Assembly (NCBI GenBank): GCA_951406725.2
Contig: OX597835.1
Location: 47,988,001 to 48,052,000, forward strand
DNA length: 64,000 bases
Reading direction: 5' to 3'
Origin: Octopus vulgaris
Taxonomy: Eukaryota
The translations under genes and the position numbers were made by a program. The first letter of the stretch is position 1, and each line of letters opens with the position of its first letter. The notes under the pieces are model-generated. The model ran no database searches and was not told the DNA's origin. It saw only the letters and a program-made list of their open reading frames with translations. Positions 40,622 through 54,400 of this stretch are shown one piece after another.

Positions 40622-40717
<96 letters not shown>

Positions 40718-41160
40718 CCTCCTGAAATCTTGAGGTATAGAATTATCCCATATTTTTTGCATTTTCGTGCGCATTCCCTCTCGTTCGTACCTGTGGTTGA
40801 ATATAGAGAACAAATTGTAGAGTGGATTTCGCTTAGATGTTTATGAGGTGAGATACTGCAAAGTTCCTAGCTTACAGACTTTCGCGAAAGCCTGGTTGAC
40901 GGCGCTCAACTGACTCCGCCAGTTCCCTTGAGTCGCCAGAGTGCCGGTCTAAAATGCTTGGCAGTATTTCTTCCGACTCTTTTTACATTTTGAGTTCAAA
41001 TTTCGCCGAATTCTCCATTGACATTCATCGTTCCGAAATCAGTAAAACTGGGTACCAGTCAAATACTGTGGTCGATGGTATTGAATCAGCCAACTTCTCA
41101 GAAACCCCTGCACTTGTGTGTTAATTAAAAGCCATTATGACAATCACAAAATATCTGATC

Positions 41161-41265
41161 GCTGCATTCCATATTGTGCAGTGTTGTAAAATATAAAACT
41201 TATGAACATTTGGAAGTTGAATGTTTTGGGGGGGGGGGGGAAAGTACTTCATGAGAAATCTTCTT
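41161..41265. repeat. Local duplication, copy of 44312-44413
   Basis: GCTGCATTCCATATTGTGCAGTGTTGTAA...AAGTACTTCATGAGAAATCTTCTT occurs at both sites. Confidence 0.9.
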
Positions 41266-41298
41266 ACTAAGGCGGCAAACTAACAGAATCGTAAGCAC

Positions 41299-41539
41299 GG
41301 TGGCGAGCTGGCAGAAGCGTTAGCACGCCGGGCGAAATGCGTAGCCGTATTTCGTCTGTCGTTACGTTCTGAGTTCAAATGCCGCTGAGGTCGACTTTGC
41401 CTTTCATCCTTTCGGGGTCGATAAATTAAGTACCAGTTACGCACTGGGGTCGATATAATCGACTTAATCCGTTTGTCCGTCCTTGTTTGTCCCTTCTGTG
41501 TTTAGCCCCTTGTGGGTAGTAAAGAAATAGGTATTTCGT
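41299..41539 (+). mobile_element. Well-preserved SINE family B copy
   Basis: GGTGGCGAGCTGGCAGAAGCGTTAGCACGCCGGGCGAAATGC...GAGTTCAAATGCC...GCCTTTCATCCTTTCGGGGTCGATAAATTAAGTACCAG. Confidence 0.9.
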
Positions 41540-42551
41540 ACGTTTCTAATTCCTGAGTTGGTTTTTCATGCTTTCATGTGGATATATTAAGTACCAGTTG
41601 AATACTGGGGTTGATCTAGTCGACTTAGTTCCTCCTTCGAAATTGTTGGCCTTGTGTCAAAATTTGAAACCGTTCTATCTTTTTATTCATTGCGTTCCGC
41701 GTTCAAATCCACCCGGTTCAACTTTGCTTTCGCCCACCCTTCCACACGGGTTCGGTAAATTAAAGTACCAGTGAAGGACAGAGGTTGATATTGCTCCTTC
41801 CCTCGTCCTGTATCAAGCTTTGAAATAAAGGCAGTGAGCAGGCAGAGCCATTAGCATGTGAGATAGCAATACTCCCGGCTCTTTACATTCTGAGTTCTAA
41901 TCCTACCAGGTGTACTTCGCCGTTCATTGTATTGCGATCGATAAAATAAAGAATCAGTTCTGTACTGAGGTTGAAGTAATGAACTTGTTCTCCCCCCTCA
42001 AAATTGCTGGCTTTGTGTCAAAATTAGGAAACGTATTTAGTTACTGTGGTGCTTTATGGTATTAAGTTTCACTCCCATACGGATCAAATTTAAGTCCCAA
42101 CAGTGTTGATTTTGTGTTTAATAGCTCCATTGCTGATAAGACAAATATTGGAGTTGATAATACGGCTGATGAGAGATATCAAGCAACATGACTGCAGGGC
42201 TAAGTGTTTCCCAGAACTGTTCTGTATAGAAAATACACATTTTGTAATAAATCCTAATATATGTTAGGGTCTGACATAAATGCGACGGTGAATGAGAAAA
42301 CCTTCTATACTTCGGGGAAGCCTTTTGTGAATGCACATAAGTTGAATGAATACTAAATGCGCAGAAGGTAGAGTCTGGCGTATTTAATAAGGTTCTGATA
42401 AGTGAGAATCTTTATGCGATTAGTAGATATAATGTTTTGTGATTGAACTTTAAAACGAAACACAAAATAACAACCAATCATGTTTGGGAGAAGAAAATTA
42501 AGAAGATAGAAACAGGAATGGATGTGGTGTTTAAAAGCAAGTGGTGACAAT

Positions 42552-42590
42552 AAGAGACACGTTTCGTCTTATCAGGCCTCTTCAGCGAAA
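42552..42590 (-). ncRNA. Degenerate hammerhead remnant
   Basis: Minus: CTGAAGA-G-GCCT-gata-AGAC-GAAA-CGTG-TC; no convincing stem I. Confidence 0.4.
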
Positions 42591-42653
42591 TATTTTGCAC
42601 TTTGTTGACAAGCAAGACTATGCGTAGTCAGGGGAGATATATACACATGCATG

Positions 42654-42687
<34 letters not shown>

Positions 42688-42744
42688 TACACGCACAATA
42701 TCTGGGAGGGTCAAATTTTAATGCATGTATTAATTTAACGAATA

Positions 42745-42775
<31 letters not shown>

Positions 42776-43139
42776 AAGCGTATGTGTATCCTCATCATTG
42801 TTATCTTCTGAAGTTCATCTCCCCTGCATGGATTGGTTGAATGTTTTACCAGGATCTGCGGGGTCTGCTTGATGCGTGGTATCTACAGCAAGGTGACCTT
42901 CCCCAACGTCATCCGCTTTACAGAAAGGACTGGACGTTCTTTTTCGTGGTACCAGCACTACTGAGATTACCATACAGCCTGCATTATGATTCTCCGTTGA
43001 CGGGGGTGAGACAACACTACAGCATGTGTGTGTGTGTGTGTGTTTCATTTACCACACGACCGTGTTTATGTCTTTATCGTTGTTTCTTTTTCTCGAGTTG
43101 CCATATTTTCCTGTTCTGTCTGACGTAAAATTCTACGTG

Positions 43140-43390
43140 GATTCAATTTATGTATTAGAAGAAACATAGACACAAATTCTAGTTTATCTCTTGAAAAAGA
43201 GTATGAAAATCTAGAAGCACGAAATAATGAATCTAGGAAGAAGAATTTAGGACATTTATTTATCCAAAGTAGCTGCAAAACACTAACAAGAAATTAGGAA
43301 AACATTGAAATAGAGAAGATAAACCATGAACACAGTCGTGTATTTAATGAAACATGAATGAAAGAAAATCTGTTCCCTATGTATACCATA
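43140..43390 (+). mobile_element. Penelope-like ORF N-terminal remnant
   Basis: Decayed translation ..EKINHEHSRVFNET*MKENLFPMYT resembles the FN.TC..E.LLP.YT motif at the start of PLE ORFs; ends at a microsatellite. Confidence 0.45.
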
Positions 43391-43424
43391 TATGTATGTG
43401 TGTGCGCGCATTTATGTGCATGTA

Positions 43425-43458
<34 letters not shown>

Positions 43459-43599
43459 CATATATATTAATATATATCTTCATATGTACGACAAAGAGTG
43501 AGAGGGGTATGTTAAGATGCTAATTGTGAATCTCGACAAATTGGCCCTAGGACGAGACCTCAGGGGAGACTGCTACATTAAGACTGCACATAGAGTAGC

Positions 43600-43658
<59 letters not shown>

Positions 43659-44410
43659 GAGTGAGTTGAGAACCCTCTCTTAACTGAGGTTATCCATGCA
43701 ACTAATAGGCTAAAAAACTCCCTCTAGAGATGTGTCAATCTAAAAACAACAAACAAGGGAGATAAAACTTATAATTAACCTTACAACAACTGCCTCCATT
43801 ATCAGCCTTGATCAAGTAGAACTATGATAAAAGGCGTTCGATGTATGACCATCTCGTCGGTTATTTTTTTAAAAAAACATAGTTTATCTAAAACAACATT
43901 ATCCAACGCACCCATCCTGTAATAGGCTGTGAAATTTGAGGAAGATTTTGCTGTTATTTCTCTCATATAGAGCGACCACCAATACGATCTCTCGCCAGCT
44001 CGGCGGTGGTGGTCCCCAGTGGATTGATGTAGAAGTTTGTCTAAATACAACAAAAGACTTTTGTATATTTATCTCTTAAAAAAAACAAGAACGTCGTAAA
44101 ACATTACGAAATAAAATACAAACCAAAAAATGCAGAATAAAGAAAATAAATAAAAGATTCAGAAGACGAAGTCTTGGAGGTTGTTCCAGGAGTAAATAGA
44201 GTAAGTTTGTTCGCCGCACCAATTAATATAAGGCGGAACAATGATACTTTCTAGTAGATGCACAGAGCCTCGTTCTTTTTTTTTTCTTTTTCTTTTTCTT
44301 TTTGCGGTGACGCTGCATTCCATATTGTGCAGTGTTGTAAGATATAAAACTTACGAACATTTGGAAGTTGAATGTTTGGCGGGCAAAATAAGTACTTCAT
44401 GAGAAATCTT

Positions 44411-44570
44411 CTTCAATTTGGTTTCTGTTACGTTCACAATAATTCTAGTTGCTGACCATGAGATATAAAGAAACTTTCAGCTTTCGAATGTCCTCCTGAC
44501 TTCGATATGGAGGGAAATGTATAACCTTCGACGCCAATAAATTGTAATAGTTCTTGATTGTCATTTTTTG
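44411..44570. repeat. Local duplication, copy of about 47197-47365
   Basis: CTTCAATTTGGTTTCTG...GCTGACCATGAG...CCTTCGACGCCAATAAATTGTAATAGTTCTTGATTG occurs at both sites. Confidence 0.9.
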
Positions 44571-45039
44571 TTCTCAATCAAATTTACCTCAATGTATTAC
44601 TGGTACTTACTGAAATTATTTCATGCACCTTTAAATTTTACGCATCATTGGAGGAATTTTTGTGCAGTAATTGTTTGCAAGATCTCAGTAAATTGAAGAC
44701 TGCCATCTCATAAAGAACCGGCGAATTGGAGGAATCGTTAAAACTGAGTATGGCAAACTCGTTTAGGTTTTGCGGGCAGGACCGAAGCCTAAACTAAGTA
44801 TTGTGAACTGTAGAAGGATATTTATCCCTTAAAAGCTTTATTCATAACGTAGGCCGTAGAGAAAACAGTATGAGGCTGCATTATAGCAACTTTATAAGGA
44901 ATGAAGGGAAGAGTGTTAGTAAATCTATGTGAGCAGAGAAATCTAGGGAAAACCCATCCACATGCTGTACCTTCATACATGCATATATACATGTATGTGT
45001 GTGTGTGTTATGCATGTTGTGTGTGTGTATATATATATA

Positions 45040-45232
45040 TACCGTTGGTGATTTTTTTCCTCTGTCTTCCCTTCTCCGGATCCTTCCTTTTCCTATGTTT
45101 CTGACGAAAGAGCTCCGCTCGAAACGTAAAACCCTCCTTCTTACCTTCTTTCCTGAGCGTCCAATAATACTATATTCACGTTATTCGCGTTGTTGTGTTT
45201 TCTCTTTGTGTTTTCATGTTTGGATTAACTAT
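45040..45232 (+). mobile_element. Short hammerhead-bearing cassette (family also at 52232-52362)
   Basis: Two related units of about 130-190 bp between (TA)n tracts share GACGAA(A)GAGCTCCGCTCGAAACGT, TTCCTGAGCGTC and GTTTGGATTAAC. Confidence 0.8.
45097..45132 (+). ncRNA. Minimal type I hammerhead ribozyme
   Basis: gttt-CTGACGA-AA-GAGC-tcc-GCTC-GAAA-CG-TA-aaac; stem III reduced to the ACGU palindrome. Confidence 0.75.
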
Positions 45233-45560
45233 ATTTATACATACATACATACATACAAACATTTTATAATTATATAGGTAATATTTTTTACTTTAAGCTG
45301 GAAACAGGATCTTGTACGCGGTTAACCCAAAGTTTTAATTCATTTTCTTTCTTTTGCCAGCCTATTATGTGGTGTGATATTCTCGGAGATTTTATGGCGG
45401 TCATAGAGTCTTTAGACGTCTACTTTTTCAGTGCTTGGCGAGGTGCAAGTCAAGCCCTTGTTATAATTATGTATATAATTATAAAATATTTGACAAATTT
45501 ACTTTTGAGGATTTTATTTGCGCACTGACCACCTGGTAAAAATCGTTAATAATTTTTACC

Positions 45561-45608
<48 letters not shown>

Positions 45609-45799
45609 ATTACAGTTTAAAGTTATCTCTACAGACTTTCGATAGAAATTAGATCCTCATCAGTATCCTGCAATAAATACACTAAATACTGGATCCGTGT
45701 GTGGAACTCACGACTGAATCCGATATTTGTTGGGGCGTCGCACTTTACTCTGCCACTTTTCTGATACACACACACACACACCATAAACTATATACATAA

Positions 45800-46125
45800 A
45801 GGCGTGGCTGTGTGGTAAGACGCTTGTTTCCCAACTACATGGTTCTGGGTTCAGTCCCACTGCGTGGCACCTTGGGCAACTGTCTTCTGCTATAGTCTCG
45901 GGACAACCAAAGCCTTGTGAGTGTCATATATACATGTATGTGTTTGTATGTCGCTTCACAATCAATGTTGGCGTTGGTTTACGTCCCCGAGACCTAGCGC
46001 TTCGGCAAGAGAAACCAATAGAATAATTAACAGGCTTATAAAGAATGAGTCCTGGGATCGATTTCTTCGACTAAAGGCGGTGCTCCAGCACGGCCACAAT
46101 GAAATGTCTGAAAAATTAAAAGAAT
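45800..46125 (+). mobile_element. SINE family A copy
   Basis: GGCGTGGCTGTGTGGTAAG...GGTTCAGTCCCACTGCGTGGCACCTTGGGCAA...CGACTAAAGGCGGTGCTCCAGC. Confidence 0.88.
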
Positions 46126-47560
46126 AAATGAATATGTGTGTGTGTAGATGATTTATATTTGAATGTGCTTGTGTGTCTATTTATATCACTAAGTCTATCT
46201 TTTCTGATGCAAAACAAACTTCAGTGTATAAATTTTTATTGCTCGAGAATAATGAAAGAATTGCTCAAGAACATGGAAATTGCTGATAAAGCACTTCTTT
46301 CCCTCTGGGATTTAAAGATTCCAGAAGATTCTCGTCGCTAAATGTATGTATAACTGTATGTATACTATTCTAAAATGTAGTACATATATATATATATATA
46401 TTTGTGTGTGTTTATATATATATATATCTTTATATATATATTTATATATACACACAGACACACATATGTACCGACACACACACACACACATACATACATA
46501 CATACATACATACATACATACATACATACATACATACATACATACATACATACGTACATACATACATACATACGTACGTACGTACATAGAAATACACAGA
46601 CGGATCAGCAAGTAGTAGATAGCTAAAGATACACACATACTCACAAATTTTTTGTGTGTTTAGTATTGGCGAACTCTCCGCTATGTTGTCAGAATAATTT
46701 GAAGCCGAAGTTAATCTTTTATTATATATAAGCATAAAATTTGACCTCACTGTCATATGTAAATAAAGATATCATATCACAGATTCATCTGTCTATGGTG
46801 AGAAAAAAAAATGTATCGATCTACCTGCATTTTGATTCTATTAAAATTTCATCATTGAAAGATCAACACTGTTTTCCTCTTTATCACAGAAATAAGTTAT
46901 TTATAGCTATTTGTAGCACATCTATAAATGGAGTGGTCCCAGCGCTGATTTAATTATGAAGCAAAATAATGAGGTTCTCAGGACACCAGAGGAAGGATGG
47001 GCAGCATGGAAAAGGTAAATGGAACTCTACGGTGAGCTAATTTGGGTATTCCAGGTGACAATGTAACATCCATGTAATTAATGGTATTCTCAGCCTGATG
47101 GTTAGCCAAGTTGAAGAACCATCGTGGAGTAATTATTGCAGCAGAGGATCAACTCGTTAAGAAATATATACAGCCTGGATTTTACCCGTTCCACTCCTTC
47201 AATTTGGTTTCTGCTTTCGTTCACAGCAATTCTAGTTGCTGACCATGAGGTATAAAGAAACTTTCAGCTCCCGAATGTCCTCCTGACTTCGATATGGGGG
47301 GGAAATGTGTAACCTTCGACGCCAATAAATTGTAATAGTTCTTGATTGTGCATTGTTCATTTTTTGTTTTCTATACCTGCCACGGACTGATTGAAGCCTA
47401 CAGACTTCCTACACTTGGATCCTAGATCTTACCCTTATGCATCGATATAATATATAATATGTACGTAATATAATATAATATAATATAATATAATATAATA
47501 TAATATAATTTATACACACACACGCACACACACACACACACACACATATATGTATATATA

Positions 47561-48049
47561 GGAAATAGTGGCACAGCAAGGTACAAGTTTTTGCTGGAAA
47601 TATCAGTCGATAACCGTTCGATGCTATGTAACGCTTCACTGAATGTATAGCAGCAAAGATATGTGCGGACGGCGAACATGAAACATTTTCGTTTTACCTC
47701 TAGGAAGAACACCAGAGAAACGGACATCTTGCTTGTATTTAGGGCTGTGGCTTTTGGCCGAGTATGCAGATGTTGATGTAGCGGATATTTTAAATTCAAC
47801 TTCCGGTAGGCTCAGCCGACGAACACCAATCAGAATTACGATAACAAACGTATTCTGAAAATTCCGTAACTCGAATACTAGGTGGTCAATTTCTCAGGCG
47901 TTCTTCCTAGTGGTAAGACGAACATTCTCTATGTTCGCCGCCCGCACATATCTTTGCCTCTATACATTCAGTGAAGCTTTACCTAACGTCGAACGGTTAT
48001 CAACTGCTATTTCCAGCAAAAACTGGTACCTCGTTGTGCTACTATTTCC
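47561..48049. mobile_element. MITE with about 165-bp terminal inverted repeats (GG...CC ends)
   Basis: GGAAATAGTGGCACAGCAAGGTAC...CTAGGAAGAAC versus GTTCTTCCTAG...GGTACCTCGTTGTGCTACTATTTCC; flanks TATATATA / TATACATA. Confidence 0.85.
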
Positions 48050-48067
48050 TATACATACATAATATAA

Positions 48068-48927
48068 TAGGGTGAATAAAGTTTCGTCTAAATTACGCAG
48101 AAATGAAAATAACGCTGACATCTCATTTTAACAGAAATTTTTACCAAAATTACATGAAAATATCTTGAAATTCTAAAGAGTGAATTTAATCAATAAAATC
48201 GCCGTTGGTTTCAACCACGACCTCCAGAGGACTTCGAAATCTCCTGCAGTTCTTCTGGACAGTCTTCTTGTTTAAGTTGGTGAATCCTTGCCTTCAGTTC
48301 ATCTTTGGTGTTACATAGAGCTTTGTTGGTCTCCCGCACAACTGCGCCCCACATATAATAATCAAAGGGGTTACAGTCTGGGGAGTTAGGTGGTCAGATG
48401 TTAGGGGTGATGTAATCGCAGAAATTTTCTAAGTGCTACGACTGGGTTTTCTTGCTTGTGTGACATGGCGCAGATATAGGACTTTCCAACAGCCACCCTC
48501 TTGACCCAGGTCAGCACTACTTCCTCCAACCACTTAATATAGGCCTTCGTGTTGAGTGTGAGGCCGTGTGGGAAGGTGAAAGGGGGCATAATGTTGCCAT
48601 TACTTGTGATCACCCTAAACACCATGATGTTGACTGGATATATAATTTTAATCACTCACGGTACATGTTTTCGGGAAAATCTGTCCTAAGATTAACACCC
48701 TAAGACTATGAAATGTTCGTATTGGAGTTGCCGGCGTGAATGCAAATCAGTACAGAATTTCGTTTCCCGATTGCTAGCAGAGTGAATTGCGTCATGGTGC
48801 TGTTTTTCTCACAGACGGTGCCCAACTAACCCTACTATATTGTGAAGTCGACAAATTCAAAAACGAGCAATGCGCATGCGCGAAATTGAAAATACAAAAT
48901 GCCAACAATTTACCCATCGCATCCTAT
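48068..48927 (-). mobile_element. Internally deleted Tc1/mariner element, maT (DD37D)-like
   Basis: PVNIMVFRVITSNGNIMPPFTFPHGLTLNTKAYIKWLEEVVL and PPNSPDCNPFDYYMWG..NTKDELKARI; decayed TAGGGTG / CATCCTA ends. Confidence 0.8.
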
Positions 48928-48932
48928 ATAAA

Positions 48933-48966
<34 letters not shown>

Positions 48967-48984
48967 TATATAGATAGATAGATA

Positions 48985-49373
48985 TACTCTTTTTACTCGT
49001 TTCAGTCATTTGACTGCGGCCATGCTAGAGCACCGCCTTTAGTCGAGCAAATCGACCCCAGGACTTATTCTTCGTAAGCCCAGTACTTATTCTATCGGTC
49101 TCTTTTGCCGAACCGCTAGTGTGACGGGGACGTAAACACACCAGCATCGGTTGTCAAGCAATGCTAGGGGGACAAACACACACACACAAACACACACACA
49201 TACATATATACGACAGGCTTCTTTCAGTTTCCGTCTACCAAATCCACTCACAAGGCATTGGTCGGCCCGGGGCTATAGCAGAAGACACTTGACCAAGATG
49301 CCACGCAGTGTGACTGAACCCGGAACCATGTGGTTGGTTAGCAAGCTACTTACCACACAGCCACTCCTGCCCC
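48985..49373 (-). mobile_element. Full-length SINE family A copy
   Basis: Reverse complement of the whole family A consensus, head to tail. Confidence 0.92.
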
Positions 49374-49381
49374 TGTATACG

Positions 49382-49479
<98 letters not shown>

Positions 49480-50167
49480 TGTATGTGTGTGTGTGCGTGT
49501 ATGTGTGTGTGTGTGTGTATACATATACATACATACAAGCAAACATCCAAGGTAAAGTTTACCTTTCATTTTTCAGGCTCGATACAATTAAGCACCAGTC
49601 AAGTACTGAGCCTGTTGTTTTGAAATCCCTTTGCCCCTAAAATTCCTGGTCGTCTGCCAAATTTGGAAGCATTTATAATTAATTTTATATTTATTATTAT
49701 TACACACACACACACACATATATGTGTGTCTGCGTGTGTCTGTATCCATTGAAAGGTACTTATATATATATACATGTAAATACATATTTATACGTACTCA
49801 CACACACACACACACAATTAGATATTGTACTATCTCTTAAGATATTCGAGATGATATCACGATACTGTAGAATTTTGCTAATGGTTTTACCAGTTGCACA
49901 ATCTTATCACAATTTCAACTCTCCGTCTCTCTCTCTCTCTCTCCCACCTTCACCTCCTTTCTCTTTCTCTCTCTCTCTCTCTCCCTCTCTTTCTCTTTCG
50001 TTCGCTACAATATTTTTGTGTTTCTGTCTCTCTCATCACTGCGCACTCTCTTCACCAGATCATGTGTTTTAGGCTTTCACTCGCTGTCTGTCTTACCACA
50101 CACACACACACACACACACACGTACATACACACACACACACACATACTATATGTATATATGTATGTG

Positions 50168-50213
<46 letters not shown>

Positions 50214-50363
50214 ATTCACGCTCCATCTCATACCTATCACCTCTGTTATCTCTCCTGAGTTTGTATTCATTTGTCCTTGTCTCAAACACTCTCCTTTTCT
50301 CTCTCTCTGTCTATTTCTCCCCGTCCCCTCACTATTTCCACGATACACTGAAAGACACTGTAC

Positions 50364-50400
<37 letters not shown>

Positions 50401-50557
50401 CATGTATCAGACGAGCATCCATTCTGTATCAACCTTTACAACGTCTCATCCAAGATACCAAGATACTCTCAAATCCACGATAACGATCCCGAGGGGACTT
50501 CATCTTGAATACATTCACACTATCACGCACTTACTCACTCACTCAAACACACACACA

Positions 50558-50613
<56 letters not shown>

Positions 50614-50917
50614 ACACACGCATAAGCCAACACTTACAGACATATGCTCACAGACTCATATAAGCAAACGAATTCTGATTCTCATTCTCAGATAGAAAAA
50701 TCATTCATACTTTAAAACGTATTTTCTGATATTCCTATACACATCCGAACATAGTTATACACGAAGAGGGTGTGGGGCTGAAAAATTCCCGGCTTTAAGG
50801 GTATTGTGAAGCGCCAGGCTGGAGGCTCAACCTTCCTTGTTCATTTAGAGAGCTTAGAAAAACTGAAACTATACTTAAGGATACATGTACGTGTATATAT
50901 ATATATATATATATATG

Positions 50918-51266
50918 AAAAATAGTAAAGAGTGAAAAAACGACAGAAGGCTTAAATGTTAAAAAATATATATATTTGCGTCAATATGTCTGAAGAATAT
51001 TAGAAAATTTTTTAAACAAATTTTTTTCCTTTATAATGACATAATTTTTAAAGAAAGACCGGTTTCGCATTTAGCTTTTCAAATTTCTTGTGACAAGAAA
51101 TTTGAAAAGCTAAATGCGAAACCGGTCTTTCTTTAAAAATTATGTCATTATAAAGGAAAAAAATTTGTTTAAAAAATTTTCTAATATTCTTCAGACATAT
51201 TGACGCAAATATATATATTTTTTAACATTTAAGCCTTCTGTCGTTTTTTCACTCTTTACTATTTTT
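50918..51266. repeat. Perfect 349-bp palindrome (174-bp arms, 1-nt spacer at 51092)
   Basis: AAAAATAGTAAAGAGT...AAATTTCTTGT-G-ACAAGAAATTT...ACTCTTTACTATTTTT; bounded by (TA)n. Confidence 0.95.
51095..51133 (+). ncRNA. Variant minimal hammerhead (U3-A8 core); mirror copy at 51051-51089 on minus
   Basis: aagaaa-t-TTGAAAA-GC-taaat-GC-GAAA-CCGG-TC-tttctt; stem I 6 bp, palindromic stem III ACCGGT, GUC triplet. Confidence 0.6.
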
Positions 51267-51302
51267 TATATATTCACCCACGTGCTTTCACAAACCAACT
51301 TT

Positions 51303-51369
<67 letters not shown>

Positions 51370-51829
51370 CTTATATAACTTGATTTTTTAGAAATTTCTA
51401 TCGGCGTGTTTCGAGACGCATACATTATAATGGTTATTGACAATTTTTGTCGTGTTTTCGGCATATTTGGCATTATAATTTTTCTTTTGCCCTTATAAAT
51501 TTAACCTTTAAAGGTATTTTTTGATATTCTGGCCATTGATGAAATTTTTTTGTGGTCGAATAAATCGACCCGTTACTATGGCACGTACTACGTATAGAGT
51601 AATCATACATATGTATGTAATATAAATATATATATATATATGTGTGTGTGTGTGTATGTGTGTGGGTATGTGTGTGCGTGTGTATGTATGTATATATATA
51701 TATATATATATATACATAAATATAAATATATATATACATACATATACATATATATATATTTATATTTATATGTATATACATATAAATATACATGTGTATA
51801 TATACGTACGTGTGTGTGTGTGTGTGTGT

Positions 51830-52177
51830 GATGGCACATGGCTCAGTGGTTTGAGGGTCGGACTCCCAATCATCGGGTCGCAACATCGATTCCCGGACCG
51901 GGCTGCGTGTTGTGTTCTTGAGCAAGACACTTTATTTCACGTTGCTTCCAGTTCACTCATCTGCAGAAATGAGTTGTGACGTCACTGGTGCCAAGCTGTA
52001 TCGGCCCCTTTGACCCTTCTCCTTCGATAATACTGGTGGCGTGCAGAGGTGAGGCTGGTATGCATGGGCGACTGCTAGCCTCCCATAAACAACATTTCCC
52101 GGACTCGTGCCTCAGAGGGGAACTCTCTACGGGCAATCCCATAGTCATTTGTGACCGAAGGGGGTCTTTACCCTTTA
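51830..52177 (+). mobile_element. tRNA-derived SINE family D
   Basis: TGGCTCAGTGG A box, TCGATTCCC B box, GTTCTTGAGCAAGACACTT body and ...GGGGTCTTTACCCTTTA tail. Confidence 0.8.
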
Positions 52178-52243
52178 CACTTTTTATATACTTACACACA
52201 TACATATGTGTGTATGTATATATATATATATAGCCTTCTCCTT

Positions 52244-52278
52244 GTTTCCGACGAAGAGCTCCGCTCGAAACGTTAGAC
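52244..52278 (+). ncRNA. Minimal hammerhead paralogue (U4C, GUU triplet)
   Basis: gttt-CCGACGA-A-GAGC-tcc-GCTC-GAAA-CG-TT-agac. Confidence 0.6.
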
Positions 52279-52359
52279 CTTCCTGAGCGTCAAATAATAC
52301 TTTAATTGTTCCACGTCCTGGCGTTGCTGTGTTTTTTTCTGTGTTTTCTTGTTTGGATT

Positions 52360-52427
<68 letters not shown>

Positions 52428-52446
52428 TATATACATATATATATAC

Positions 52447-52527
<81 letters not shown>

Positions 52528-52710
52528 TATAGGTTATAAAATGAGATAGGGGTTGAAAATTCAACCCACCATGGGATAATATATATCCAATATACTGCTA
52601 GATAGGTACCCAACAAAATTAATACACAGATGTTAAAAATTGTCAAGCAATCAGTTCATCTATTGTATTAAATGGGTAAAGGTAATAATATTACCGTAAA
52701 TTAATACTAC

Positions 52711-52912
<202 letters not shown>

Positions 52913-52960
52913 AGATAGATATAGATATAGACATATAGATAGATAGATAGATAGATAGAA

Positions 52961-53023
<63 letters not shown>

Positions 53024-53443
53024 TCTGTATGTATATTCATATATGCGCACATAGAATCACACCAACATACTTATAAGCCTGCGGCCATGTAGGAGCCATC
53101 TAGTTGCCGGCGTTTGTCAGTCATCAATCTCCTTGCACGGTTAAACAGGTAATGTAAGGAGTAGAGAGAGTTGTATCGATGAAAGAAGAACAACATCGGT
53201 TTCATGGACCAGTCGAAACTTAAACACAGACGTCGCTATGGACACACGGATACACACAGGATTCACAGTGTTAGATGTACGCTTATGTATACGGATACAT
53301 ATCGTTTAATACACGTACACACACACGCACACACACACACACATATCATTGGTATCCGCGGTGTTGAGCCCTCGTTCTCGCTGTTCTGTCTCTGCCTGTC
53401 TGTCTCTCTCTATCTGTATATATGTTGTATATATATTCATATG

Positions 53444-53497
<54 letters not shown>

Positions 53498-54149
53498 GAG
53501 AGTGTGGGGAGAGGGAGAGAAGGGGAGAGGGAGAAATAGAGGGAGAGAGACATACATACAGACAGAGTGTGAGATAGATAGATATATTTATACACATATG
53601 CATACATTTATACATACGTTCATACGTACACACATGCGTACATACAAACATTCTTTCATACACACATACACACGCACACATGCATACATACATGCATACA
53701 TAATCTTCACGACTCGTTAGAGCTGCATGGATACCAGAATCAGAATATCCTACGGAAGAATCTCCAGTCAGACGGGATATTTTCCAGTAGGAGTTCGATC
53801 CCTAAAAGCATTACGGTAGTCTTTTATGCTTCAATGGAGACGTTTTACTTCAATGAATCCAGGAATTTAGAAGAAATGGAATCAAATTAGCGAAACACAT
53901 CAGAATCATTAACATCTTAACTATAATCACCAACAACACTTTTATTATCGTCAATATCATTCATCATCATCATCATTGTCAACATCATCAACATCATCAT
54001 CATCTTCGTCGTCGTCATTTTCTTCTTCTTCTCCTTCTTCTTCTCCTTCTTCTTCTTCTTCTTCTTCTTCTTCTTCTTCTTCTCCTTCTTCTCCTTCTTC
54101 TTCTTCTTCTTCTTCTTCTTCTCTTTCCTCTTCTTTTTTTCTTCTTGTT

Positions 54150-54200
<51 letters not shown>

Positions 54201-54275
54201 TATATGTATACATATATATACCTATATATATATAAATATGTGTGTATATATATATATATATACATCTATATATAC

Positions 54276-54308
<33 letters not shown>

Positions 54309-54326
54309 TACACACAAACAAACACA

Positions 54327-54400
<74 letters not shown>

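Noticed and set aside
45630-45668. Minus CTGATGAG-GAT...ATC-GAAAGTCTGTA
   Set aside because: Core and stem II are present but stems I and III do not pair; at best a remnant.
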